This document shows, piece after piece, positions 1 through 9,534 of a stretch of DNA of 64,000 nt (position 1 is its first letter; the number at the start of each line of letters is the position of its first letter). The DNA comes from a virus (lineage: Duplodnaviria > Caudoviricetes). The notes under the pieces are model-generated. The model had not been told where the DNA came from, ran no database searches, and saw only the letters and a program-made list of their open reading frames with translations. The DNA lies in IMG/VR virus record IMGVR_UViG_2911420635_000004, positions 21,348 to 85,347 of that record; one strand, 5' to 3'. The position numbers were made by a program, and so were the translations under genes.

Positions 1-207
1 ATGGAAGATGTCATTCACTGGGTTACAGAACACAAAGAGGAGAACCCTCCGAACAGGAAAGTCAGCCACAGCCACCCGGACCCGACTGCAGATGAAGCCA
101 TCAGTAATGTGATCCGGGAAGAAGGCAAGAAAAAACACAAGAAAAGAAAACGCCCGCGGATCGGTGTTTGGAGAGCGAAGGAGGCAAAGCCGGATGAGGG
201 AAAGTGA
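1..207 (+). CDS. Hypothetical phage protein, probably the 3' part of a gene starting before the window
   Basis: ORF at the window edge overlapping the VRR-NUC start; basic C-terminus. Confidence 0.5.
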   Translation: MEDVIHWVTEHKEENPPNRKVSHSHPDPTADEAISNVIREEGKKKHKKRKRPRIGVWRAKEAKPDEGK

Positions 208-613
208 AGTAGAAAAGCAGCTTGTAGCTGCGGTGAGGGCTGTCGGAGGACAGGCCCTCAAATTTACCAGTCAGAGCATGAATGGTGTGCCGGATCGTCT
301 GGTTCTGCTGCTCGGCGGCAAGTGTGCGTTTGTGGAGCTGAAAGCCCCTGGAAAGCAGATGCGCATCCTTCAGCGAAAGCGCAGACTGCAGCTGGAGACA
401 CTGGGCTTTCCGGTGTTCTGTGTTGACCGTTTGGAGCAGATCCGGCCTGCGGTGGACGCACTCCTGCACTGGACGCCGGGTGAGCCTATCCCACAGGGGA
501 TCGGGGCGAAAATCCCGGAGATGCCGGAAGTTACGCTGCCGCAGGGAGATACACAAAGCGAGGAGCCGGAAACACAGGCACAGGATGCCGGGGAGGAGGT
601 GATGCCGCTATGA
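194..613 (+). CDS. VRR-NUC domain nuclease
   Basis: MRESEVEK..GVPDRLVLL..FVELKAPG (PD-D/ExK VRR-NUC signature); ATG at 194 after GAGG. Confidence 0.9.
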   Translation: MRESEVEKQLVAAVRAVGGQALKFTSQSMNGVPDRLVLLLGGKCAFVELKAPGKQMRILQRKRRLQLETLGFPVFCVDRLEQIRPAVDALLHWTPGEPIPQGIGAKIPEMPEVTLPQGDTQSEEPETQAQDAGEEVMPL

Positions 614-1992
614 AGTTCATTCCACACGATTATCAGAGTTACTGCACCGAGTATATTAAAACGCACCCGACTGCAGCCCTTTTTCTGGATATGGGCTTGG
701 GTTAAGGAAAGACCGTCATAACCCTTTCTGCAATCAAAGACCTTATGCTTGAGACTTTCGAGGTTAACAAGGTTCTCATCATTGCACCGCTGCGTGTTGC
801 CCGTGACACATGGCCGGCAGAGATTGAAAAGTGGGATCACTTAAAAGGGCTGGACATTTCCATCATCGTTGGAGATGTCAAGACCCGGATCGCAGCAGTC
901 CACCACCCGGCGATGATCTACATCGTCAATCGGGAGAACATCAAGTGGCTGGTGGAGTATTACGAGAAAAATGGAATGCGCTGGGATTTTGGCATGGTTG
1001 TGATCGATGAGCTGTCATCGTTCAAGAACTATCAGTCCCAGCGTTTTAAGTTCCTGCGAAAAGTCCGCCCGTTTGTGAAGCGGTGGGTTGGTCTGACCGG
1101 CACACCTTCTTCCAACGGCCTTATGGATTTGTGGGCAGAGATTGGGATTCTGGATGGCGGGGAGCGCCTTGGAAAGTTTATCGGCCGCTACCGGGAAGCC
1201 TACTTTAAGGCTGGGTCGATGAACCCGGCAACAGGAATCGTGTTCCAGTATGTACCAAGACAGGGAGCAGAGGAGATGATCTACCAGCGGATCTCTGACA
1301 TCACGATTTCTATGAAGGCTCTGGATTATCTCAATATGCCGGATTGTGTACCTACAAGGTGCGAAGTCGAGATGAACACGCAGGAAAGGGAACTCTACGA
1401 TATGCTTCGGCAGGATCTTTTGATTCCGCTGAAAGACGGTGACATAGACGCTGCCAATGCTGCATCACTGACAGGGAAGCTGTTGCAGATGAGCAATGGC
1501 GCGGTCTATGACGAGAACGGCAAGGCGAGAGTCATTCACGACCACAAGCTGGAAGCTCTCGAAGACCTGATCGAAGCCGCCAACGGACAGCCGGTGATGG
1601 TAGCTTACTGGTTTAAGCATGACAGGGAGCGTATCATCAACCATCTGTCGAAGCTGAAGATCAAAGTCCGGGATATCAAGAGCAGTACCGACATCAAGGA
1701 TTGGAATGCTGGAAACATCCCGGTCGCCCTGATCCATCCTGCATCGGCCGGACATGGCCTGAACATCCAGCAGGGCGGACACATCCTGATCTGGTTTGGG
1801 CTGACCTGGTCTTTGGAGTTGTATCAGCAGACCAATGCCCGGCTTTGGCGGCAGGGACAGACCCATGTGGTGACCATTCACCACATCATCACGAAGAATA
1901 CCGTGGACGAGGATGTCATGGCGGCATTGGAGCAGAAGGACATGACACAGGAAAAGCTGATATCTGCCGTTAGAGCACGGCTGGAGGAATAG
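610..1992 (+). CDS. SNF2-family helicase with an in-frame TAA at 703-705 (recoded gene or pseudogene)
   Basis: ATG 610 overlaps the upstream stop. Reads MKFIPHDYQ..LFLDMGLG*GKTV, in frame with 745..1992, which carries IDELS, LTGTP and the helicase-C motif QQTNARLWRQGQ. Confidence 0.85.
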
Positions 1993-2001
1993 GAGAAAAT
2001 T

Positions 2002-2769
2002 ATGGAAAAGAATACGACCAATTACAAGTTTCTGAATGCAAAGGATCGTGCCTCTGAGAGAAAGAACTCTCACGGCATTCTGGATACCGACCGATATCAC
2101 TACAAGACTGCACCGCATGTGCAGACCGGCAAGCGGAAGCGCGACAATGATGGATTTTTCACACCGTATGCGATGTTTCGTCCGTACAGTGGCACCGGCC
2201 TGCTGTGTGCGATTTTTGGGGAAACGCCTGCCCGTAAGAACTCTGATCTGCGAGTTACACAGGATATGCTGGCAAAGGAAGCCTATGAGCATGAAATCGA
2301 ACTGCTCATGTGTCAGGCAAAAGCCTACGAGCTTCAGTTTCACAAGCGTTTCTGTGCGGAAGACCGTGCGGAGGAATGCTATGCGAAAGCAGTGGCGGCA
2401 GGCAAACACCCGGATGCACCGAAGCTGACGGCGGAGGATACCAGACAGACGATTCTGGATGCGGTTACCTGGCGTTTCGATTGGATTCAGCAGAACAAGA
2501 GAAAGTGCTATCGCTTTGCCGAGATCCTGATCGATGCAAAGGAGCACCATCTGGTGACAGACAGGGAAGAAAAAGAAAACTTTGTTGACCTGTTTGTGCG
2601 GAATGCAGCTCTGATGCCGGAGCCGAACCGCAAGCTGATCGACTGCATGTACGAGGCAGCATGGTATTCCATCTATATGTTCAAGTATGGATTGGATGGA
2701 CAGAAGGTGCCGGCACCGTGGTACGACACAAAAGAGAATGATTCAGGAAAGGGCAGGGTGAACGACTGA
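2002..2769 (+). CDS. Hypothetical protein
   Basis: 255 aa ORF with AGGAG RBS, in operon context. Confidence 0.7.
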   Translation: MEKNTTNYKFLNAKDRASERKNSHGILDTDRYHYKTAPHVQTGKRKRDNDGFFTPYAMFRPYSGTGLLCAIFGETPARKNSDLRVTQDMLAKEAYEHEIELLMCQAKAYELQFHKRFCAEDRAEECYAKAVAAGKHPDAPKLTAEDTRQTILDAVTWRFDWIQQNKRKCYRFAEILIDAKEHHLVTDREEKENFVDLFVRNAALMPEPNRKLIDCMYEAAWYSIYMFKYGLDGQKVPAPWYDTKENDSGKGRVND

Positions 2770-3149
2770 TGGGAATGGCAGCGGACAATTTGGAATGCTA
2801 CGAGAATCTGGCGAATGCAATCATCCTGCAGGCTGTCAAGGATTATAAAACTGTACTGTTCCGTCTGGAGGACCATCCGAACAACCGGGATGCGCAATTT
2901 GAGAAAAAGAGGCTGGAAGGTTTCTTTCACTCCAACTGGTACAACACGCTGACGGATCTGGATGCCTGCACACTCATTTCAGGTGTGCAGGCAAGAGTGA
3001 AGGTTGAAGCCATGGAGCGTAGAAGGAGGAGGGCAGAAAACCTGCGCCGGAAAGCGGAGCGCGAGATGAAAAAGCTCGTGAAGCTGCTCACGGAAGCCGG
3101 TGCTGCTCTGACTCCAGAGAACATCCGGGCATTAGGTGATATTGCGTGA
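2769..3149 (+). CDS. Conserved phage hypothetical protein
   Basis: YENLANAIILQAVKDY motif typical of Bacillota prophage proteins; coupled to the upstream stop. Confidence 0.75.
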   Translation: MGMAADNLECYENLANAIILQAVKDYKTVLFRLEDHPNNRDAQFEKKRLEGFFHSNWYNTLTDLDACTLISGVQARVKVEAMERRRRRAENLRRKAEREMKKLVKLLTEAGAALTPENIRALGDIA

Positions 3150-3182
3150 TAAAAATAAACAGACCAGAACAGGAGGAGCAGT

Positions 3183-3725
3183 ATGGCAGACGAGATGGAT
3201 TATATGGAACAGGCAAAGGAACTGGCTGATTCCTATAGGCTGCTGGTACACAGGCGGGATATGCTCCGGCAGCAGTACGAGGATTCCCGGTCCTGGTTTT
3301 ACACTAAGGACGAGATCATCTACAAGTTGTCGCAGGGCGCACATGAGGAATCCGAGCGTGTCCAGACCAGCGGTACATCAAATCCGGTGGAACGCACCGT
3401 GCTGAACTGTGACAAGGTGCTGGCATCCATGAACCGGGAAGTACAGACCCAGCGCACCGAGCAGTTTCTGGAACCCTATTACAAGGTCTGTGAAGATATC
3501 GAGTTGTTCGAGGTTGGACTGCACAGTCTTCGGGGGTGTACGCGGATCGTGGCAGAGCAGCTCTTTGTGGACGGCAGAAAGCAGTCGGAGATCACTGGTT
3601 TGGATGGGAGAACTTTAAGCCGCCGGGTGGTGGAGCGAGAGAAAGAAACTGCATTGCAGGGGATTGCGGATGTGATCCGTTTGCATGACAGACACAGGAG
3701 GGGAGAATGTGGGAAGACCGATTAA
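3183..3725 (+). CDS. Hypothetical protein, possible RinA/ArpU-like transcription regulator
   Basis: AGGAGGAG RBS; C-terminal helix-turn-helix-like segment (IVAEQLFVDGRKQSEI..TLSRRVV). Confidence 0.55.
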   Translation: MADEMDYMEQAKELADSYRLLVHRRDMLRQQYEDSRSWFYTKDEIIYKLSQGAHEESERVQTSGTSNPVERTVLNCDKVLASMNREVQTQRTEQFLEPYYKVCEDIELFEVGLHSLRGCTRIVAEQLFVDGRKQSEITGLDGRTLSRRVVEREKETALQGIADVIRLHDRHRRGECGKTD

Positions 3726-4155
3726 GTGGAGTTTTCAGCCGGATAAACGGCATGAAGCCATAGCAAAAGATGCCTGCGGCGGTTATGAAAAACTCAAGGC
3801 AGACATTGCGGAAAAGGAGAAAATGCTGGCCGAGATCAAACAGGAACAGGCAGCGGCTATCTCCGATTTGGAGCGCGGCATCAAGGAAGAGATGTATACG
3901 GAGTGCAAAAGGGAGTACGATAAGCAGAGCACACGGCTTCGTATTATGGAACTGGCTCTGAGCCGGGTGTCTGATTCTGATGCGAGGGCAGCAGTCAGAC
4001 AGTTCTATTTTGAGCGTATTCCGTTGAAGTCGATGAAGGATTCCAATGGCTGTTCTTTTGGAAAAAGCAGGGCAGATTATTACAAGGGAAAAGGCTTCAA
4101 AGAATTTGTAGTAAATTTGGAAAAAGAGGGCTTTTTCAGGAAAAACAGCAGTTAA
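3709..4155 (+). CDS. Hypothetical protein, possible sigma-region-4/RinA-like regulator
   Basis: GTG after AGGAGGGGAG; ARAAVRQFYFERIPLK..SRADYYKGKG HTH-like end. Confidence 0.5.
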   Translation: MGRPIKWSFQPDKRHEAIAKDACGGYEKLKADIAEKEKMLAEIKQEQAAAISDLERGIKEEMYTECKREYDKQSTRLRIMELALSRVSDSDARAAVRQFYFERIPLKSMKDSNGCSFGKSRADYYKGKGFKEFVVNLEKEGFFRKNSS

Positions 4156-4229
4156 TTAGGAAAACTGCTTCTTATGCGTACATCGGCTTTTTGCTATACT
4201 TTATACTAGGAAAATAAGATAAAACCGGG

Positions 4230-4319
4230 AGCGGATAAGAGTGCTGGGAGCGAAAGCTGCCCGGTATTTTTATCCGCTTTTTACATGTTATGCCGTCACG
4301 GATTCGGATTCCGGACGGC
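4230..4319 (+). promoter_or_regulatory. Structured leader: 22-bp hairpin with GAAA loop plus U-tract, then a second hairpin
   Basis: AGCGGATAAGAGTGCTGGGAGC-GAAA-GCT(G)CCCGGTATTTTTATCCGCT pairs fully using five G-U pairs; GCCGTC..GACGGC hairpin at 4292-4319; TGCTATACT extended -10 at 4192-4200. Confidence 0.6.
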
Positions 4320-4355
4320 TGTTTTTGTATCAGGAGAGAAGAGGTGAAACCCAGA

Positions 4356-5006
4356 ATGGGGAGAAAGAAAAGCAACGCACGGATTCTGCCGCGTGGCAGG
4401 AAGATCCATGTGAACAAGTACATCAACAAGCGTGGCTGCACCAAGCATAAAAGCGCCGCCACGCATAACCACAGCACCGAAAAGCAGCAGGAAAGCAGCC
4501 ACACAACTTATGACAGCTTCCCCGCTTACAACTGGCCGACGACCAGAATCCCGAAGCAGTATGAGATCTGGTTTGCAGAGCTTGGTAACCATTATGGCAC
4601 CTGTGTGCAGAGTGGGAACCGTCCGGTGCTGATCCTGACAAACGATATTGCGAACCGTTATTCGCAGACCTTCACAGTTATTCCGCTTACGAGCAAGATG
4701 AAAAAGCTCGACCTGCCAACACATATCGTGCTGACAGAAGCACATTGTGAGATGCTCAGAGCGGAACGACTGGAGGATTCCATTTTGCTGGTCGAGCAGA
4801 TCACAACGATCGACCAGTCGGCACTGTTTGGACGCCTTTGCAGGGTGATCTCTGCTGAGAAAAAGCAGGAGATTGAACAGGCTGTGGCAAGGCAATTTGA
4901 TATGCACAGTACTAAGAAAAACAAACAAAATACAGACGAAAATGCTGCGCGCGGCAGCAATGCCAATTACGGCAGCAACTCTGTACACAGCAGGAAGGAG
5001 GTCTAA
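4356..5006 (+). CDS. PemK/MazF-family endoribonuclease (no adjacent antitoxin)
   Basis: YEIWFAELG..VQSGNRPVLILTND..TVIPLTSK..LPTHIVL..VEQITTID motifs. Confidence 0.88.
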   Translation: MGRKKSNARILPRGRKIHVNKYINKRGCTKHKSAATHNHSTEKQQESSHTTYDSFPAYNWPTTRIPKQYEIWFAELGNHYGTCVQSGNRPVLILTNDIANRYSQTFTVIPLTSKMKKLDLPTHIVLTEAHCEMLRAERLEDSILLVEQITTIDQSALFGRLCRVISAEKKQEIEQAVARQFDMHSTKKNKQNTDENAARGSNANYGSNSVHSRKEV

Positions 5007-5011
5007 CCGCT

Positions 5012-7423
5012 ATGGTGGATATCAAAAATATCCCGGCAGAGCTGAAGACCTCCTGCCGGTTTTGTGTCTGGAAATTTGAAAAGCGAAACGGTCAGAAGAC
5101 CAAGATGCCGTATAACCCGGCGAACGGTGACAGAGCAAAGATCAATGACCTCCGAACCTTTGCGGATTTCAAGACCACGCTTGTTACCTACGCGATGGGC
5201 GGCTATGATGGCATTGGCATTGCGGTTGGCAGTGGTATCGGAGCTTTCGACATCGACCACTGCATCCGGGAGGATGGTACGCTGAACGATACTGCGGACA
5301 CTGTACTTTCGATCTTCCCTACAGCGTATGTAGAGAAGTCACCGTCCGGCAAAGGACTACGTGGATTCTTCCATGTGCCTGAAGACTACGTCTATGACAA
5401 GACGGTTTATTACATCAACAACCGCAGCAAAGGGCTGGAAGTGTATATGCCCGGTGCGACTAACCGCTTCGTTACCGTGACGGGAGATGTTTACCGCACA
5501 GGTGAGATCCCAAACGATGAAACGGCAATGACCACTCTGCTGGACTCGCTGATGAAGCGAAATAAGCAGGTGCAGCAGACCCATTTCCAGCACCATTCAT
5601 ATCTGGATGACGAGGCTGTTATTGCACATGCCAATGAAGCCAGCAACAGTGAGAAGTTCAAAAGGCTGTTTGCCGGTGAGTGGGAAGACCTCTACGGCAG
5701 TCAGTCGGATGCAGATATGGCGTTCCTGTCTATTCTGGCATTCTGGTGCGGCTGTGATGAGGAGCAGATGGACCGCATCTTCCGCACATCTGGTCTGATG
5801 CGCCCGAAGTGGGATCGCAAACAGGCTGGTTCAACCTACGGTGCCATCTCTATCCGCAACACAGTCAATACCTGCGCTTCCGTTTACATTCCTGTCAACG
5901 CGCAGGACATTGTGGATGAGGAGTTTGCAAATCTTGACTCTGATGATAAAGAGGCGGAGCGGCCACCGGACATCAGCAAGCTCACGCTGTCGCTGGAAGA
6001 AATGGCTCCGCACACGAATCCGCGCTACGGCAGGGATGAGATTGGTTTGGGCAACATGTTCGCCGATTTTTTCAAGCCTATCGCACGGTACAACAGTGAA
6101 CGCGGCATCTGGTTTGTCTATGATGGAGTTGTCTGGCAACCGGACATGGAGAACCTTAAGGTGGCAGAGCTTGCGAAATATCTGGCAGATAAGCTGTATC
6201 TGTTTGCATTGAAGATTACAGAAGAAGATGTTAGAAAGCGGTTCATCGACCGCGTCCGGAAGCTCCAGCTCCGCAAGCACCGTGACACGATGCTGAAAGA
6301 CGCGAAGTCCGTATTCCCACTGTCCATGAAGCAGTACGATCAGGATATCTATCTTTTCAACTGTAAAAATGGAACACTGGATCTGCGGACGATGGAATTC
6401 CGGGAACACCGCCCGGAGGATTTTCTCACAAAAGTGTCCCCTGTGATATATGACCCGGATGCCGACTGCCCTCGCTGGCGGACGTTCATCACGGAGATCA
6501 TGCAGGGGGATAAGGCCAGAGCAGACTATCTTCAGAAGGCTATCGGATACTCGTTGACTGGTGACACACGCATGGAGTGCTTGTTTATTCTGTACGGTCC
6601 GACATCCAGAAACGGTAAGGGTACCACAATGGAGAGCATCCTGCGTATTATGGGCGAGTACGGTAAAAATGCAGATCCGACCATGCTGCAGGCGAAGTTT
6701 AACAGCCAGAGCGGAGGACCGTCTGAGGAAATCGCCCGGCTTGCCGGCTCCCGTTTTGTAAACATCTCCGAGCCGGAGAAAAAGATCACTCTGGATGCAG
6801 CTCTTACCAAACGACTGACCGGTAACGATACGATCACAGCCCGGTATCTGCATGAGAACAGTTTTGAGTTCCGACCGAACTTCAAAATTTTCATCAACAC
6901 GAACCATCGTCCGAATATCACAGACCTTACGCTGTTTGAGTCTGGCCGAATCAAAATCATTCCGTTTGACCGGCATTTTGAAGAAAATGAACAGGATAAG
7001 GATCTAAAGTCCACTTTTGCTAAACCGGAAAATATGTCCGGCATTCTGAACTGGATGCTCGAAGGCTATAAGCTGTTCCGCAGTCAGGGACTTGCCATGC
7101 CGGATTCTGTCGTTCAGGCAACAACGGACTATCAGATATTCTCAGATAAGATGGGTCAGTTTTTTGATGAATGCATTGAAGAAAAGGAAGGGTGTGAGCT
7201 TCGGCGCGGTGCAGTTTACACACGCTACAAAGAGTGGTGTGGAGAGAATGGCTACCGGGCAGAGGCAGCCAAGAATCTAAACCAGGAGATTGAAAAGCGG
7301 TACAAGACTGCAAGAAAGCGTCCGAATGACGGTGCCTCCAGCAGTACGACTCCGATGGTCCTGGATGTGGCGTTCACGGCAAGTGAAGAGTCAAAAGAGG
7401 ACTTTGCACCATTGACATCATGA
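5012..7423 (+). CDS. P4-family phage primase-helicase (AEP-type primase, D5-N, SF3 helicase)
   Basis: FDIDHC, EKSPSGKGLR, SQSDADMAF; Walker A GPTSRNGKGT; FINTNHRP. Confidence 0.92.
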   Translation: MVDIKNIPAELKTSCRFCVWKFEKRNGQKTKMPYNPANGDRAKINDLRTFADFKTTLVTYAMGGYDGIGIAVGSGIGAFDIDHCIREDGTLNDTADTVLSIFPTAYVEKSPSGKGLRGFFHVPEDYVYDKTVYYINNRSKGLEVYMPGATNRFVTVTGDVYRTGEIPNDETAMTTLLDSLMKRNKQVQQTHFQHHSYLDDEAVIAHANEASNSEKFKRLFAGEWEDLYGSQSDADMAFLSILAFWCGCDEEQMDRIFRTSGLMRPKWDRKQAGSTYGAISIRNTVNTCASVYIPVNAQDIVDEEFANLDSDDKEAERPPDISKLTLSLEEMAPHTNPRYGRDEIGLGNMFADFFKPIARYNSERGIWFVYDGVVWQPDMENLKVAELAKYLADKLYLFALKITEEDVRKRFIDRVRKLQLRKHRDTMLKDAKSVFPLSMKQYDQDIYLFNCKNGTLDLRTMEFREHRPEDFLTKVSPVIYDPDADCPRWRTFITEIMQGDKARADYLQKAIGYSLTGDTRMECLFILYGPTSRNGKGTTMESILRIMGEYGKNADPTMLQAKFNSQSGGPSEEIARLAGSRFVNISEPEKKITLDAALTKRLTGNDTITARYLHENSFEFRPNFKIFINTNHRPNITDLTLFESGRIKIIPFDRHFEENEQDKDLKSTFAKPENMSGILNWMLEGYKLFRSQGLAMPDSVVQATTDYQIFSDKMGQFFDECIEEKEGCELRRGAVYTRYKEWCGENGYRAEAAKNLNQEIEKRYKTARKRPNDGASSSTTPMVLDVAFTASEESKEDFAPLTS

Positions 7424-7450
7424 GCTTGAAATTCAAGGTACGGACGGATT

Positions 7451-7810
7451 TGTTGCGGCTGTTGCTGGAAGAACACAGTGAAATCTATTGTTTTTGATTT
7501 TCATAAGTTCCCATCAAAATACCAGCAACACACGACTTCGGAGTCGCGTTACCAGCAACAGCAGCAACGCCTCAGCAACAGAAAAACGTAGGAAAATCAA
7601 GGGTTTTCGGTGCTGTTGCGAGTGTTGCGAGTGAAAACCCTATTTTATTTATATTATTTTCTTTTATATACTATTTACTTTTTACTAGCAACAATAGCAA
7701 CAAAAGAAAAAATATAGATCTTAACACCCCTGAAAAGTGCGTAAAATCAATATTTTTGGGGACTGGACACCTCGCTTTGTGAGGAAAGCGCCAGCAACAC
7801 ACCAGCAACA
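7451..7810. repeat. Cluster of about 12 (A)GCAAC(A)/TGTTGC repeats around an AT-rich tract; putative replication origin
   Basis: Copies at 7451, 7460, 7521, 7551, 7561, 7573, 7614, 7623, 7686, 7695, 7791 and 7801; AT-rich 7640-7720; directly after the primase. Confidence 0.6.
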
Positions 7811-7929
7811 GATTCAGAGGACACATTGAAACTACACAATGGAACATCGCAGGCCGCTTTTGTGGGAGCCTATTTGTGGGCAAGGGCAAAGGCGGCCTGC
7901 TTTGTGATACATGAAAGAGAGGACAGAAC

Positions 7930-8997
7930 ATGAGTAAGATTATCACCTGTGAACAGGTCAGCAATGGCCATCCTGATAAGATCTGTGACCAGATCGCAGA
8001 TGCTATTGTGACCGACATTCTTCAGCATGACAGGCACGCCCGTGTGGCGATCGAGTGTCTGCTGAAAAAGAGCCAGCTCTTTATTGCCGGCGAGGTCACC
8101 ACCGACTACCGGCCAAACTACAACCAGATCGTCCATGATGTGTTCAATCGCATCGGCGCCGAAAAGCTGGGGTGGAACCTGACCGAGCTTCTTCGCATCG
8201 GCATTCTGGTGGACAAGCAGTCCCCGGATATTGCAATGGGTGTGGATAAGGGCGGTGCCGGTGACCAGGGTATCATGTACGGTTACGCCACCAACGAGAC
8301 GGCAGAGCAGATGCCGATCCCTTACATGGTCGCCACCAAGTTTCTGCAGCTGCTGAAGAACCATCCGTCCAAGATGTTCCGTGCAGATGCCAAGGCACAG
8401 GTCAGCTACGACTACGACACCGGACGCATCACTACCTTCCTCTGCTCCGTGCAGCACAGCCCGGATGTGGAGGTCAGCGACTTCCGGCACATCATCGAAT
8501 CCATGATGGTACTGGCCGCCTGCGAATACGGTCTGGACGGTGACTTCACGAAGCTCGTCAATCCGACCGGTCGTTTCGTGCTGGGCGGCAGCTACGCCGA
8601 TTGTGGTGTGACTGGCCGGAAGCTGGCGTGCGATACCTACGGTGGCATCGGTCGCATGGGTGGTGGCGCTCTGAGCGGTAAAGATCCCACCAAGGTAGAT
8701 CGCTCCGCAGCTTACATGGCACGGAAGATTGCAAAGGACATCGTGCAGGCGGGCTACGCTGACAAGTGTGAAGTCCAGCTGGCCTACGCCATTGGTGTGG
8801 TACAGCCGGTGGGTGTGTCGGTGGAGTGCTTCGGTACGGAGCACCAGTCCCTTGACTTCATCGAAGCCTACGTTCATGACAGCTACGACCTGACCCCGCA
8901 GGGTATCATCAAGCGGCTGCGACTGCTGGATGTAGATTACAACAAGGTCAGTGCTTACGGTCACTTCGGCAAGGTTGGTCTTCCGTGGGAGGACTGA
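7930..8997 (+). CDS. metK: Methionine adenosyltransferase (SAM synthetase)
   Basis: GHPDKICDQIADA, GAGDQG, GGSYADCGVTGRK, GKDPTKVDRS signatures. Confidence 0.96.
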   Translation: MSKIITCEQVSNGHPDKICDQIADAIVTDILQHDRHARVAIECLLKKSQLFIAGEVTTDYRPNYNQIVHDVFNRIGAEKLGWNLTELLRIGILVDKQSPDIAMGVDKGGAGDQGIMYGYATNETAEQMPIPYMVATKFLQLLKNHPSKMFRADAKAQVSYDYDTGRITTFLCSVQHSPDVEVSDFRHIIESMMVLAACEYGLDGDFTKLVNPTGRFVLGGSYADCGVTGRKLACDTYGGIGRMGGGALSGKDPTKVDRSAAYMARKIAKDIVQAGYADKCEVQLAYAIGVVQPVGVSVECFGTEHQSLDFIEAYVHDSYDLTPQGIIKRLRLLDVDYNKVSAYGHFGKVGLPWED

Positions 8998-9000
8998 CCC

Positions 9001-9360
9001 ATGCCGTACAGACCAAAGACACCGTGCCATCATCCCGGCTGCCCGGAGCTGGTGGAAGCCGGCCGGCTCTACTGTGAGAAGCACCTGCTTCTCCACCCGG
9101 AAGTAACCCGCCCGGCGGCGAAGCGTGGATACAACAGGCGGTGGCAGAAAGCCCGAAAGTCATATCTCGAAGCTCATCCGCTCTGTGTGCAGTGCGCCAA
9201 GCAGGGTAAGTACGTCCGGGCAACGGTAGTGGATCACATCATTCCGCACCGTGGTGACCAGAAACTTTTCTGGGACCAGAACAACTGGCAGGCTCTCTGC
9301 AAGAGCTGCCACGATAAGAAGACGCTGACCGAGGACATCAACCCGACCTACACCTACTGA
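9001..9360 (+). CDS. HNH endonuclease (packaging-associated type)
   Basis: C-x2-C, VDHIIPHRG, NWQALCKSCHDKKT. Confidence 0.92.
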   Translation: MPYRPKTPCHHPGCPELVEAGRLYCEKHLLLHPEVTRPAAKRGYNRRWQKARKSYLEAHPLCVQCAKQGKYVRATVVDHIIPHRGDQKLFWDQNNWQALCKSCHDKKTLTEDINPTYTY

Positions 9361-9465
9361 CACCCCCACCGGGGCCGGGGTCACTTCTCTACAGTGAAGT
9401 CACACGGAGACCGGTGGCCCCTTTTGCGTGAAAAACCGCAAAATTCATAGGCCGGGGGTCAGAGG
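9361..9465. other. Putative cos/packaging-initiation region
   Basis: GC-rich CCCCC..GGGGCCGGGG..CTTCTCT..GACCGGTGGCCCC..GCGTGAAAAACCGCAAAATT directly after HNH. It resembles the post-HNH cos motif of Bacillota cos phages (recognised from memory). Confidence 0.45.
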
Positions 9466-9499
9466 AATAACGACGCAAAATGAAACAGGAAAATGTACA

Positions 9500-9534
9500 G
9501 GCATCGGAGCTTCGGTTCCGGTGCCATTCTTTTT
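9500..9534 (+). terminator. Intrinsic terminator
   Basis: GGCATCGGAGC-TTCG-GTTCCGGTGCC followed by ATTCTTTTT. Confidence 0.75.

Noticed and set aside
703-705. Genome-wide stop-codon reassignment (TAA read as sense)
   Set aside because: Many bona fide genes here end in TAA (terminase-region holin, capsid, TMP); only this one internal stop was found
7810-7930. Known SAM riboswitch upstream of metK
   Set aside because: No recognisable SAM-I core or SMK-box SD/anti-SD pairing
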